Shown here: positions 24,201 through 36,200 of the stretch, piece by piece
How positions within the stretch are numbered: position 1 is the stretch's first letter
Layout of the letters: the number at the start of each line of letters is the position of its first letter
Assembly (NCBI GenBank): GCA_964658305.1
Contig: OZ210884.1
Span: forward strand, 1,860,001 to 1,924,000
DNA from: Leptogorgia sarmentosa
Taxonomy: Eukaryota
Reading direction: 5' to 3'
DNA: 64,000 bases
Program-made: the position numbers and the translations under genes
Notes under the pieces: model-generated
Database searches by the model: none
What the model was told of the DNA's origin: nothing
Seen by the model: the letters and a program-made list of their open reading frames with translations, nothing else

Positions 24201-25128
24201 AAATTGCTGGATTTTCAATAACCTATACTACTACAAATAGCGTAATAATAAGCAATTTACATTGTTACTTGCCTTCCATCGTACATCAGTCAAATTCTAC
24301 CTATTTTTTGTTCTACAGACAATTGCACGACAGGTTTGGAGTGGTGACGTCATTTTCAGGTACTTACCGAGCCAACGAGTGGTCACTTGTGTTATCATCC
24401 GCTGAGCATGGCGAGAACAAGCCTTGTTGTCAAAATATCGCCTACCTATCAAAGGTCAGTCTAGCATGACATTTTTGAAGTCTACGATTTCTATTTTTCC
24501 TTTCGTTCTCAGACCATCGACGCCCAGAAATAAAAAGTATTCCATTCTTGAGTACAAAAGTACAAAAATCGTGGCTTGACAGAGATATAGTTGGTTTTGC
24601 CATGGAAGTATTTTAATTTTCTGACAGACTATACGACTATTCGAAACAGCTAAATTCTCCGACAAGGGCTGTACTGTATAATAAAAAAAATTAACACCCA
24701 TTATTGGAATTTTTGTGATAGTGCACAAATTTTGCATAAACAGTTAACTGCATAATTATCGCAAGTCTGGCTTTGCAATTGTACTACGTACCTGTTCATT
24801 CATCCAAACTCAATCCATCACATAGAAACTCCGTATTTTAACGAATCAAAAACTCGCCGAAACCCCCGTTGTGATACAAAACATTGAGTTGGGGAAACGC
24901 ATAACAAATTTTTGAGCAGGCAAGGGATTTACTTTTTCGGAAAACAAGTAGCTACCGTTTACGAATGTAAAAAACGCAACGCTGGTTCCTGTTAAACCCC
25001 AGTCAACAGGATATTTGCTGTTTGTTTAGAATTTCCTGAAATTGAAGACACAGATGAGAAGTTTAGAGAAAAAAGTTGAATCGCAGGGTAAGAGAATTGG
25101 AGTCCTCGAAAAGGAGGGAAAGAATTAA
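1..25128 (+). CDS. Gene P (5'-partial, 28 exons in window): large modular, probably secreted protein; at least 7 x [EGF/EB-like Cys cap + betaglycan/endoglin orphan-like domain] + C-terminal coiled coil
   Basis: Hand-spliced; all introns GT-AG with consistent phases and no internal stop. Exons: <1-77, 1711-1853, 3119-3222, 4280-4441, 5886-6151, 7344-7486, 7614-7717, 8061-8231, 8932-9203, 10083-10231, 10305-10408, 10792-10962, 11519-11763, 12581-12723, 12797-12900, 13246-13416, 14114-14385, 15261-15409, 15483-15586, 15969-16139, 16695-16939, 17674-17801, 17932-18038, 20479-20733, 21853-22160, 23327-23469, 24319-24454, 25030-25128 (TAA). Secretion is inferred; the N-terminus lies outside the window. 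Confidence 0.88.
1873..2368. mobile_element. Non-autonomous DNA transposon, hAT-like
   Basis: CAGGG...CCCTG termini; flanks attaatct / tttaatct (7 of 8 match, likely TSD); poly-G and poly-C tracts near the right end. Confidence 0.55.
2730..2945 (+). repeat. Dispersed repeat; second copy near 56789-57020
   Basis: Collinear similarity: aaaaatgggtaa.ttcta, acaacaacgag, aattaatttgaa, ttattgcaataca.tgcgtgt. Confidence 0.6.
4280..7717 (+). CDS. Gene P module 2: exons A 4280-4441, B 5886-6151, C 7344-7486, D 7614-7717
   Basis: A encodes KCSSGYCSGQTNMKPVCKDGYCYCNGKDYDYDTCL; B encodes PDAYGCKIV...EVHVLAVYE...RPIILVLVSYEPVNWVLNIP...KVIL; exon phases 1-1, 1-0, 0-2, 2-1. Confidence 0.9.
4469..5080. mobile_element. 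Non-autonomous TIR element with 8-bp TSD (hAT- or P-like)
   Basis: TIR cactgagctaaagaa..actggagagagtgcac with its reverse complement at the right end; perfect TSD gttttaaa (4461-4468, 5081-5088). Confidence 0.85.
8061..10408 (+). CDS. Gene P module 3: exons A 8061-8231, B 8932-9203, C 10083-10231, D 10305-10408
   Basis: Same four-exon cassette and phases, open frame. Confidence 0.9.
8354..8491. mobile_element. MITE, PIF/Harbinger-like (CWG target)
   Basis: TIR gggtcggttgtataaaac / gttttaatacaaccggccc; CTG on both sides; empty site cctgatc in paralogous introns near 11081 and 16258. Confidence 0.8.
10792..12900 (+). CDS. Gene P module 4: exons A 10792-10962, B 11519-11763, C 12581-12723, D 12797-12900
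   Basis: Same cassette; B is 21 nt shorter (in frame) than in module 2; C is chimeric. Confidence 0.9.
13246..15586 (+). CDS. Gene P module 5: exons A 13246-13416, B 14114-14385, C 15261-15409, D 15483-15586
   Basis: Near-identical copy of module 3 (exon B offset 5182 bp) except in exon A. Confidence 0.9.
13539..13673. mobile_element. Duplicated copy of the 8354-8491 MITE
   Basis: Same sequence at the same intron position in module 5. Confidence 0.8.
15969..18038 (+). CDS. Gene P module 6: exons A 15969-16139, B 16695-16939, C 17674-17801, D 17932-18038
   Basis: A and B copy module 4; C (128 nt) and D (107 nt) are diverged but frame-preserving. Confidence 0.88.
20479..24454 (+). CDS. Gene P module 7: exons A 20479-20733 (with Thr/Ser/Pro linker), B 21853-22160, C 23327-23469, extended D 24319-24454
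   Basis: Most diverged module; D runs on into ENKPCCQNIAYLSK and ends at donor AAG|GTCAGT (phase 0). Confidence 0.85.
20492..20599 (+). repeat. Coding minisatellite, 3 x 36 bp (TSKPTFSTTATV-like)
   Basis: cacatccaaacccacatt... repeated three times at 36-bp period, in frame within exon A of module 7. Confidence 0.9.
25030..25128 (+). CDS. Gene P terminal exon: coiled coil NFLKLKTQMRSLEKKVESQGKRIGVLEKEGKN*
   Basis: Acceptor tttgtttag; phase 0 matches the donor at 24454; heptad register continues across the junction; AATAAA downstream. Confidence 0.8.
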   Translation, partial: NFLKLKTQMRSLEKKVESQGKRIGVLEKEGKN

Positions 25129-25353
25129 GGAAACCAGAAGAGCAAGACGTAGCTAAATAGGGTTAACCATACAGCCGGAGTTTAATGAAAGTTTTTGGTA
25201 ACAAGCCTGTAAAAGGAAACATTGCCTGAATGCGAGCTTAGCGTAATTAGAAAAAATGTTAGCGTCAAGTAAAAAATTGGCTCTTTTGATTTTCCGTTTT
25301 CTTCCTTTATGATTATAGTGTTACGACATAACTTTGTAGAACTACAGTGGATT

Positions 25354-25359
25354 AATAAA
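25354..25359 (+). terminator. Candidate polyadenylation signal of gene P
   Basis: AATAAA about 225 nt after the stop, followed by T/GT-rich sequence. Confidence 0.5.
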
Positions 25360-25908
25360 ACATTCCTAAATTAAAAATCATATTGACTCTTGTTTTTGTT
25401 ATTTGAAATATATTAAAAAAAGCTAGTACTTGAGCCGACTTTAGGCGTTCCTAATATCACAGCAGTAACGGCAGGAGAGCGACAGTTTGATGGGGGCGGG
25501 GAGAGGGGGGGGGAGCGTGAAATCTAGGGTATTGTCGAATAAAGCACGCGACAAAACTAAACTTCGAAAAGTATTCAAGAAGAACCAGCAATATTCTTCC
25601 TATTGTACTTCTCAAAACATAGCTGATATTCTCAAGCGTTCAACGACTGAAAAATTTACTGATATCTTTACATGAAACAAGATTCGACATTCCGACTATT
25701 TGATTAGCTTAGGCAAATTTTGCTTAATTTCGTCACTAGTGAAGATATGGAAAATATCTCTCGGTGTATTTTTCAGTTTCTTACTGTGTATTATATAATA
25801 GATTCATATACCCGTGTTTTGCCGTGCGGATATTTCTGGAACTCATTTAGTACTAGTTTGAATCAATTTCAAAAGATATATTATATCCGTTGAGCAGAAA
25901 ATGAACAT

Positions 25909-26270
25909 AATTAACAATTAGTCGCCTCAGGCTTCGGTGATTACAAGCTCATAGTCACCAAGGCGCGAACTGTCTGTTAAGTAGAAATTCAAGTTTTGTT
26001 TACTTTGCTTATAGTTTGTTTACATAAAATAATCCACGCTCATAACTCACGCTCATGTTGTTGCTTGTTTAACTTTCTCGGGGATGCTTTCTTGTTTAAT
26101 TTCATCAATTTCCTCCTGCGGAACTTCAGCAAACCGAGCGGCCATTTTGAATTTTAATTATGAAAAATGATTATAGTCACTGCCCAGTGACTATAACACC
26201 AGAGACAGCAAATTTTAACCAATCAGATTGCACGAAATGTTATACTAGTCACTTGAAAATTTATACTAAT
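25909..26270 (-). mobile_element. Non-autonomous hairpin element, probably Crypton-derived
   Basis: Remnant ORF MAARFAEVPQEEIDEIKQESIPEKVKQATT* at 26145; ccaatcag and tatactaat at the right end. Confidence 0.6.
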
Positions 26271-26572
26271 TATCAATATAGACCCGCGCCCTCCTGAGTA
26301 ACTTTCTAGCTTTGCGGTCCTGCATGTACCTTCACAGTTTTTATATTAAGCAAACTCAAACAGAATTGACAGGCTACTTTCCGATTATACATATGATTAA
26401 TGGCCATATTTCTTCTTTAATCTGTTAGTTCAAAGTTTCAGATCAATGCCTCGAATTTGGTTCTGATGAGAGTTTTTTCTTTTTTTCCCATCAACTCTTT
26501 TTATATCAACTCTGACGGAAATTACAAAACGAGAAACTGCTGGGAAACACGCCACTCACAGCTGGTACGTTT

Positions 26573-26583
26573 TTTATTTTATT
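26573..26583 (-). terminator. Candidate polyadenylation signal of gene M
   Basis: Overlapping AATAAAATAAA on the minus strand about 130 nt after the stop. Confidence 0.45.
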
Positions 26584-26711
26584 CGAATTTGAGCAATTTT
26601 CACTGCCTGAAATATAATGTTAATTACGTTATTAGATGACAACTATATGCCGATCTCATTTCATTTTTTTAAGAAAAATGTAGCTATGATTGTACCAGTT
26701 ATCTCTAACTA

Positions 26712-27215
26712 TTATCTTTGGTTGTATGTGTGGTTAACATATACATTCCGATCGCGAACAGGTTGATTGTGCTGCATCATTCGTTTTTCTCGCTTTTTAA
26801 GATATCGATCAGCCGCAAACCCTGGAAAATAAATATTAAAGTTTTATTATTTGGCCACAAATCGAGCTAGGATTCGTTGCATTGTAAACATGCGAAAGAT
26901 GCAAACAGTCATGCACTTACAGCTTGTGCACATCTTCGCCATGCATATAGCTAATGCTGATAGTTGCATTAAAGCGAACAAAAAATGTGTATATTAAAAG
27001 TGTGTAATTATAATGCTTTGTCGAATTACCTAGGGCAATCATCAACGGTACCAAAATAAGCATCAGATAATATTCATTTTGGTCAACATCGCTTGAATTC
27101 GTATTCCGTCCATTGTTGTATTCTGTTTTGGTATGAGGAAACAGGTTTAAATTACTGGTAGGTTTCGTTTTCTCAAACCGTGTTGCAGTGCCACAATATC
27201 TGCAATTTGGTAGCA
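26712..27215 (-). CDS. Gene M stalk, transmembrane and cytoplasmic exons (27215-27030, 26956-26921, 26821-26712)
   Basis: Three phase-1 exons join to ...DVDQNEYYLMLILVPLMIAL|ALAICMAKMCTS|WFAADRYLKKREKRMMQHNQPVRDRNVYVNHTYNQR*: about 20 hydrophobic residues followed by a basic cytoplasmic patch. Confidence 0.75.
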
Positions 27216-30200
27216 CTAATAACAATAAAACAATGGCGACATTATACACATATATAGCTAACTCATATAATGAACTCAAGAGACGTTCGTGCACTTTATG
27301 TACACGTGATGTGTAATATATATTGCTTTTTGAATGGTTTGACATTATACGACACACAATTGTATTTCTGATACTTTAACATTTATTAGATTAAATAACT
27401 TGTGTAACGTCGGCGTCTTCACGTTTTGCGTCGAAAAAGTCAAATGTCGCGTCGGCCATTTTGGCTTTTTTGTTTTTAGATCGCATGTATATTTGAGTGC
27501 AATACGGCGAATGCAATACGGCTGGGTATCTGCACTCTGTTTTGCCCTTATATGGTAAAATGACATCATTGTCGTATAATAATTTGAGTTACAACATTAA
27601 CTTATTTAAAATTTGGATTATTGTGTTTCTTCGAATTTGAATGCATTCCGCCCCCAAATAGGGCAAGCAGTTCCGCTTAACGTTAAAATATAGGGAAAAA
27701 CCACCATTCTGACACCCGCTCAAGTCCATCCCGTTTTGCATAGACATCCGTATGCCGCTGTCATCCAACTCTATGTAATCTGGAATGATAACCTTATATA
27801 AACATGCCCATACCAGCCAATAATGGCGGCTTCAAAACTCCAGCGATTGGCGGTGTTTACACACTTAATTCTCATTTTTTACCTAACAAATGGTGGTCCC
27901 GCAAGTTTCAAAGTACATTATAAAAAGCGTTGATGCTTTTTATTTTAAAGGATCGTTTTCTTTTAAAAGGATCGATTATAAAAAGCGTTGATGCTTTTTC
28001 TTTGTAAAGGATCGTAAAATAGACTCGAAGCCTTTCTAGAAAGCCTACAACTACCAAAAAACTAAGGATTTTCGCGCGGTTTTATGCTCGATTTTTCTTT
28101 TGTTTGCTTTATTTCTACCGTAAACAATTTTTTCAAGTTTTATGTATATGATTCGAAAGTATTGTTGTCCTACCATTCTCTGAGATGAAATTGAAACCAT
28201 TCGAGGAAAGAAAAGTGATTAAATTTATCCATTTTCAAACTGTATTTTGGGGGGAATTTTGTTAAAGAGACTGGGGCGACCTACAAAAAACCCCTCATTT
28301 GTGGCTTGAAAGATGGCGGCCAAATTATCATTCCAGATTATTTAGAGTTTAATGGACGCTAAACTCCTTCCACCATTTTGACATCGGTCATAACCACAAT
28401 ATTAATAAGCTACACAGAAATACGTTGAGACATTTTTTATAACACTCATAATAAATTCATAATACTGAAGAGAAGTATTACTTCAAATATCGTTAGACTT
28501 ATATGCTTATAGTTGTATATAATCTCGATCAGACTGTCTTTTATGTTGGGTGATTTGGCGACAAGAACCCCAATAATAAAATATTCAAGTTCCTTTTAGC
28601 GGAAAAAATTGCGGCACTAATTATAATATAAATTAGATCTTCTACTTTGCAAGTATAAATTAAGCTAAAATCCACTAAATTTACTCTGCTGGGTTAGTAG
28701 AAATAGTTTTGGCGTTTACCTATGGAAACCGTTATAAACTTTAGAGAAACTTACAAACATCTCCAGACAACTTCAACGACCATTGGTTTGTCCTGTAAGT
28801 GCCTCTAAATGACGTCACGACACCGTATCGTTTATGAATTTGTCTGAAAAAAAAGATATATGTATCATAATATTTTCCAATTTCGGTATTAAATTTTGAA
28901 ATAATCAACTCATCACGGCAAATTCTTCATTATTCTGCGATGCAAATTTGTGATTTTATTAAGTGCAAATCTGCATTTCCTGATAACCAAACAATTGAGG
29001 ATGCGTGCAGTCCCACGGTTTGGTGATGTTATGTATGCAAATTTATATCAGAGAGATTAGCCAAGCGATGTTTTCGTCTACAATGACGCCAAATGGAAGT
29101 GAATTGAACCGTTATAGCCAATGAAGGGCACGAATTACCCCCTATTGGCATGCGTTATGCCAAAAACATAGCTTGATGCAAATTTTCCATTACAGCCGAT
29201 TTGCCCGCACTGGCAGAGCGAAAATGTTGAATCTTGTGAAAAATTATGATTAATCGCGCCGGCACGCCAGGAAAGTTGAATGTAGTTCAACTTCTATACT
29301 TCTATACTCCGCGCGCGCAAAAGGAGAGAGAAAACGCTCAGATTCGACACCTATAGCAAAATGAAAGTTGAAACATGTTCGCTCCACCCGGGCAGGAAAA
29401 GCTCTCTGTTACCGTGCTCATTGAATGCGAATTGCGGTCAATTTCTAAAGAATTGAATAATAATAATCCTATCTAATTTGCAAAGTATGACCAGATTGTC
29501 GGCCTAGCTTCGCTACTGCCTTTAGGTTTATTTCCGTATTGTTGGATGAGCTTGGCATTATAGTGCCAAGGATGTATTGTTTCTATCTGAAAAGTAATTA
29601 CCAAAAACTAAGTAATTCGCGTGAAGAACATTAGTATTGCGGAACTGCTTGCTTTGAATAGAAAAATTAAATAATTACAAACAGTTAGCTATTTCGTTTC
29701 AGTTATCTTAGCATTTGCAATCCAAGTAAGGGCGTAGTCAGGTGTTGGAGGGTTAGGAAAACATTACTTTTCAGTTTCGGCGTCATGCAGTTTTTCTAGG
29801 AAAATCTGGTCCTGCGCTGCCTCTCCCGAATCCTAAAATTGTATCATGAACCAATTTAGGTTTCAGGGAAAAAATTCATCTGCTTTACTCACTTTAGCAG
29901 CTCGACTGTTCGACCACCATCCCAATCACTTCCGTATCCGGCATCCCAATCGGAACTTCGCGTTCCTTTTCGCTGAACAATTTTCACTTGATGCACGTCA
30001 CCACTGACAGAACTTTCATCAATGTAATAGGAAACCTGGAAAGGAAAAGACAACATACGCGACTCTAATCAGACTTGGTCTGGAAGAAACTTGGACTTGC
30101 ACCGTTATTTTATACGGCGCTTCAACACTACGCCGTAGACTGGTGGCGCTAGCCAGAACGACTATGGGGGGAGGGCAGATCCATATATTCGTAATCCGCA

Positions 30201-33200
30201 TTATCGTTTCGGCTAGGCCACTGCCAAGAATGTTTGAGCAAGTTGATAGCAGAAGCACTTCAGTCACCTGTCTCTTATTAATTAAATCTTATTAATTACC
30301 TTATGAACATTATTAATTAAATTCACAAGTGGTGAATCGAATGCATACAAAATCCGGCATATTAATTTTTTTTACTCATATAATTGCACCAACGCGAATG
30401 CCAATGAAGTAGGTTGGGTTTTCTTCTTAACCAATGATTTCGAAGCTTTTATTATAATTAATAATATGAATAATATCATATATATAACTGAAGGAGTTTT
30501 GACAAAATATACTGATCTATTCTATCGGCTAACATGTCATAATAAGAGGGTCCTGAAGTGGTATAATGGAAATTGGGATATTGTTATTATCGGCCGATGA
30601 AATGGAATTTCATCCACTGGGATATGGTTAGATGAGCAAAAAAGACACCAGAATATAGCAGTGGGATGAATATTTGACTTGGACAGCCACTGAGACGATT
30701 TAAGTAGGGAAATAAGAAATTGAGGGAGGGAAATGGGAATCGGAAACTTCCACTAAGGCTTAGTTGAGACGTCGAACTTTTCATGTGCCGAATCTAATGT
30801 TAAAAACCTAAGTTCTTTGTTTGGGATCGTTTGCATTAGGTTCGGCACATGAAACGATTGACGTCTGGACTGGCCCTAAGGATCCTCTGGTAGCTGGGGA
30901 AACAACATACGTCTTTGTGCGGTATTTTGTACTAACCAGAATAGCTTCATTGATGCTAATATCAGATGGTATATTAAGGATCCAGTTTACAGGTTCGTGG
31001 CTAACGAGCACAAGTACAATAGGTCTTTTGGATCTTCGATGACTAATGATATTCACGCTGGCATTACCGGCTGTCGGAGGACGTCTGTGGAATACCTCGT
31101 ACATTGACAATACGTGAACCTCAAACTGTGGTGAACTGTTATCGGGATTGCAAGTGTAGATTGCATCAAAATTTGAAACAATTTTACATCCATATGCATC
31201 AGCTAGGGTAAGAAAAATGTCTTGATTCAAGATTGAACAGGTAATAAAGAGACATTAAAAAGCGAGCGAGGAATATTGATTTACAGAATGGACCAATTGC
31301 AAAATAGGCAATTTTCATCAAAAGTTCGAAATGCTACAATTCATAACAATAGCGTTAAAGACCATCCCAAAAGTAGTAAATTCCAAAGTTTGGGTGTAAA
31401 ATGTTGTAAAATACGTAAAATATAACCGTGCAAAGCAGGGAAAATTTGTATTACGTGCGTGAATTGCTAAATGAATTAGTTACTTCATTTCGCACGTAAT
31501 ACAAATGTGTACAAATTTGCCAATTTCGCAGGGCTATATGATCCATATTTTACAACATTTCGCAACCACACTTTGCCATTTTACTAATTTTGGGATGCTC
31601 CTTCACGCTATTGTTATGAATTGTACTATTTCGAACTTTTTAAAAATTTTGTCTATAATGCAATTGGTCCATTACACAATGAAAAAGCTTTTTCAGCAGT
31701 AAGTAGCTAATACTAATTGAAGCAAATCGTAATTTGACACGTTTGAGACGTCGTTGGTTAGAGAACGACTTCATGATCAGAGGTGACTACTTTGAAATTT
31801 AAAAATAAAATAATTATTATTCTAATTTTAGCGACAAGAATAAATTAAAATCTATTACAACACTGTCCGAAAAGGCGTCTCGGAAATGACAACAGCAAAA
31901 TTTAGCAAATATTATGACAAGACCATCTAAGACGTGGTGTTTAAATGACGTGCCACGTTCATAGAAGGGCATATAACGTCCTTTTTTACGCTATTTCAGG
32001 ACATCGTTATCGTCACGGCGTGTTCGCTAGATTTCGCTAATATTGAATATTTTGTGGCGATATGTCGTAGAATACGTAAAATTTAGTGGCTCAAAGTTGC
32101 CCATTTTATATTTTACAACTTGCGGAAATTGGGAACTAATGTACGACTATACAAATTTATAACTATACATATATTTATAACTATACATTTGCATTACTGT
32201 GTTAGTATTGCAGCAAGTGATTTAGTTGCCTCACACAGGTTATATTTTACAAAACACCTCATGCAAGCAAACCTTGCAGTTCAGTTAATATTAAAACAGG
32301 CACTGACCAAATTTTGAGAATTTGCAGTGTCTAGATTATCACAAATGCCATGTTCAATGTCTCGTGAGAACTTTGTTAGTTATGCTATGTTTTACTCTGA
32401 ATACATGTTATGACCTTTTTTGAACCACCGTCGCAAGACAACAACATTACATCATCTGGCACGATGTACAGAATCAACCCTTTTGCAATACCATGTCAAA
32501 TTGCTCAATCTGCCTAATCACAATAATTTCTAAGTAAAAAGAACCAACCGACTAAGCAACTTACGTAAACAAGTATCGTAATCGTAGTCTGTGCCATTAC
32601 AGTAGCAGTCCCCGTCTTTACAGAAAGCTTTCATGTCTTCATGTTGGCCAGAACAAAATCTGCTCAAGCATTTCTCGTTGGGGAGGATAGGTGTTGTTCC
32701 GTTGTTACCTTCAAATATAATAAGCCATGATAATGTTTTCATGCTGAAGCCGTCTCATATATATAAATATGCAGTCAAACAGAAATATGTAGACAGTCAG
32801 CCGAAAGCTTGTGGTTTAGAATAGCTTGCGATCCGAAAACGTTTCAATTAAGCTTTATTATGAATACTAGTCGCGGAATCTAGAGTTTGTTTTCAAGGAA
32901 CTTAGCAGGTTTATTTGGAAGCAATTGTTCCCGGGGGGGGGGCTAATTGACCTACGACCTACGCCATAAAGTTCTCACCAATGCTAATGTCTACATAAGA
33001 GTGCAACAGACGTGACAAAACGTATTATAACATATCTGACACATGTTATAGGGTCAAGATTTTTCTGCAAACTCATAACAACTTGTAACATGGCGACTGG
33101 CTCCACACAATTCATGCAAGATAATTAGATTGCAATACAATTTTATCAATCTTATAGCTTCAAGAAGCTTAGTTTGGAAATGATAGTAATTGTCACCTCT

Positions 33201-36200
33201 TTTTTACTAGCAACCTTCAAAAACCGAAGCCTCAAAAAACTTGTTGAAACGCTGCGAGATTTTTTTCTGGACGAAAATAAGTGATTCCCTCTCCTTACCG
33301 AAAAAAACTGACGAATTCTGCTACACTGCCAAAAAACCTACCTTTATCTACGGTCCCGTTAAATGGTGATAACTCCAACGACCATCGGTTTGTTCTGTAA
33401 GCGCCACTGAATGACGTCACAACGCCAAACAATTTGTGGATTTGTCTTGCAAAGACGAAAAATGTTGAAATGTATAAATTTGACAATAAAAGTTCTTTTT
33501 TTGCCTTCAGCTTAATCTTGGATTGTGGCAAAAACGTTCTAGTTTAACTGATTACTTACTTTAGGGTCTTTACTGTATTCCCTCCACCGGAATCCGTTCC
33601 ATATCCAGTAGACCACTCAGAATTTCTCGTTCCAATTAGTTCAATATTTTTCACTTGACTTCCGCCGCCACTAACGGAACTTTGTGCTATATAATAAGAT
33701 ACCTAAAAAGAACAGCAGGTGAACGACTGAAAAATTATAATTTTACACAGGAATTTATGTTTATATGTTAATGCATGCAACAAATCATTATCCCACAAAA
33801 ATTATGCCATCTAAAAGGGAGGTTACAGTCCCTAATGTAAACAAACGGTTTGTTTACATTTTTAGCTGCTATATTTGTAAAATTTGACCGAACTAACTGG
33901 ATATCGGACACTTTTCGGGTTTGTTATACTCCTAAAAGAATATAAACTAGCATTTCAATTAAAAAATGTTTTAAAAATGCAAAATTTGGACAATGTGGTA
34001 CACATTTGTTATGAGCAGAACCGGTGCGCAGAAGCGACTATAACCTGTCTTTAAGAATTCTATGGGATAAAATTGGCTTTAGTGGCAACTGGCAATAATT
34101 ACTAACTGCAATTAAACGAGTTCAAATTTTATTTAGCCTAAAACAACAACTCGAGAATAGACTGGGCGTTTGCTAAAACAGCAATAAAAAACTCCTGACT
34201 ATCTGTGAGACATGCTTAAATTCCCGCGAAGGCAATTTAAATTTCCGTGTCTCGATGGCTTGAACCAAAAACGGGTTTCGACCAATTAGAGCACACGATA
34301 TACACATGTTATAATTATTTTATAATTGTTTTCACCCCTATGTTATACTAACCAGAATAACTTTACTGATGGTAACATCAGGTGGAATATTAAGAATCCA
34401 GTTTACAGGTTCGGAGTTAATGAGCACAAGTACAATGGCTCTGTTGGATTTTTCCCGACTGATGATATTTACTGTAAGTTTCCCAGCTCTTGGTGGGCGT
34501 CTGTTGATAACCTCGTACACAGCTAGTACGTGAATCTCATACTTTGGTGAACTGTTATCAGGAGTACAAGTGTACGTGGTATCGAAATTTGAAACAATTT
34601 TACATCCATAAGCATCAGCTAGGAAAAGAAAGAAAATTGTTCCAGTGATAAATGCTCGTAATCAGCCCAGCAAAAATGCTTTTCGTAGAGGATTCGATCC
34701 TGTCAAGATCTTTTTATGCTCTTCTAATATTCTTGTAACATGTGTCAAACTTGTTGTAATGGGTGTTTAACAAAGTCTGAGGATCAGTGTTATACTGCCT
34801 GTAACAACTTGACAAAAACTTGCTGAATCTTGGAAAGTTTTTGAGACATTTCCTCTCGGAAGTATGTCAAATCGTTAAAATCTCTCAAGTGACCTAACCG
34901 ACTCATTCTTTTACAACGAAGGCCTAACCTGGGACCTTAAGTCGCCGTAACTTTGGGCGACTTTGGGCGACTTTGGGCGACTTTGGGCGACTTAAGGCGA
35001 TTTTAGGGAATAATCGCCAAAATACATGACGATTTAAAGCGACTTAAAACAGTTTAAGGCGACTTAAGACGACTTAAGGTCCCAGGTTGGGCTTCAAGGA
35101 CAATACACAGATTAATTACAATTACTTTTAGTTAAATTTAGCAGGTGAACAACTTACGCAAACAAGTTTTGTAATTGTAGTCTTTGCCATTACAGTTGCA
35201 GTACCCATCTTTACAAAAAGCTTTCATGTCTCCATGTTGGCCAGAACAATAGCTGCCCAAGCACTTCATCCTTCGTACTGTTGCGGTAACAGTGGGCAGG
35301 ATAGCTTTTGTTGTGTTGGTATCTGGAAATATATGAATAATACAAAATAATGTTTAATTTAAATAATAATACAAAACGTTTTTAATGAAATGTGATAGTA
35401 TATCATATCCGATCCGTTTCAAACGGCATTATTTAAAGTCTTATTTACTTCGAAACCCCTCTTTGCAAAATGATGAAAACTTTGAACAAGCAGCGTTAAA
35501 AAACCCTGAAACTTGCCTAATTTTCACATCTGCGGACGATAAAAACGATTGTTGTTCATTTCGGGAAAAGCTGACGAAAAGCTGCTACATTACGATAAAA
35601 CTTACCGTTTTTCTCGGTCCCATTAAAAGGCAACAACTCCAGTGACCATTGGTTTGTCCTGTAAGCGCCCCTAAATGACGTCACTACGCCAAACCATTTG
35701 TGGATTTGTCTGGCGGTTAAGAATAATGTTGCAAATTTAGTAAATATGATAATAAACAATTATTGGATGAGGCTGAGCATGATATCAAGAATTATTCAGA
35801 CCGAGGTCAATGTTATCTGCCGAAGCGAAGCAGAGGCGGATAACATTGACCGAGGTCTGAATAATTCTTGATATCATGCGAAAGCCGAATGCAATAATTG
35901 TTTTATTATACATTTAAAAGAGAGTTCACTTTCATTCAGCGAAGCAAATCTGCTACAGGCCATTGTTTGTTTGTTTGTTTTTTCGCGCGCTTTTAGCTTC
36001 AAGCTTTTGACAGCGCTGGGGCTTGGGCACGAGAGAGTCCAGTAATTTTTTTTTTGGATGCAAGTTCGATCCAAAAAAATAATTATTGGACGCTGATGAC
36101 GTCATCGGCGGAAAATACGTAATAAGTACCGAATACTGAGAATTAGCCGGTGCTTTCTGACCAATCAGGAACGAGAATAAATTTTAAATGTATAATAATA

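Noticed and set aside
24405..24416. GC donor at catg|gcgaga, near the usual end of exon D
   Set aside because: Poor match to the GC-AG consensus and I found no further exon A downstream; the AAG|GTCAGT donor gives a coherent coiled coil.
27150..27201. Alternative acceptor ttgcag for the stalk exon of gene M
   Set aside because: In phase 1 it reaches TAA within 18 codons; the acceptor at 27216 keeps the frame open through the TM helix.
26917..27357. 146-aa minus-strand ORF as a single-exon gene
   Set aside because: Only 27215-27030 fits gene M splice phases; the rest is intron or a different frame.
34945..34995. CRISPR-like repeats here and at 20492-20599
   Set aside because: Direct tandem repeats with no unique spacers, no cas genes, and a eukaryotic context.
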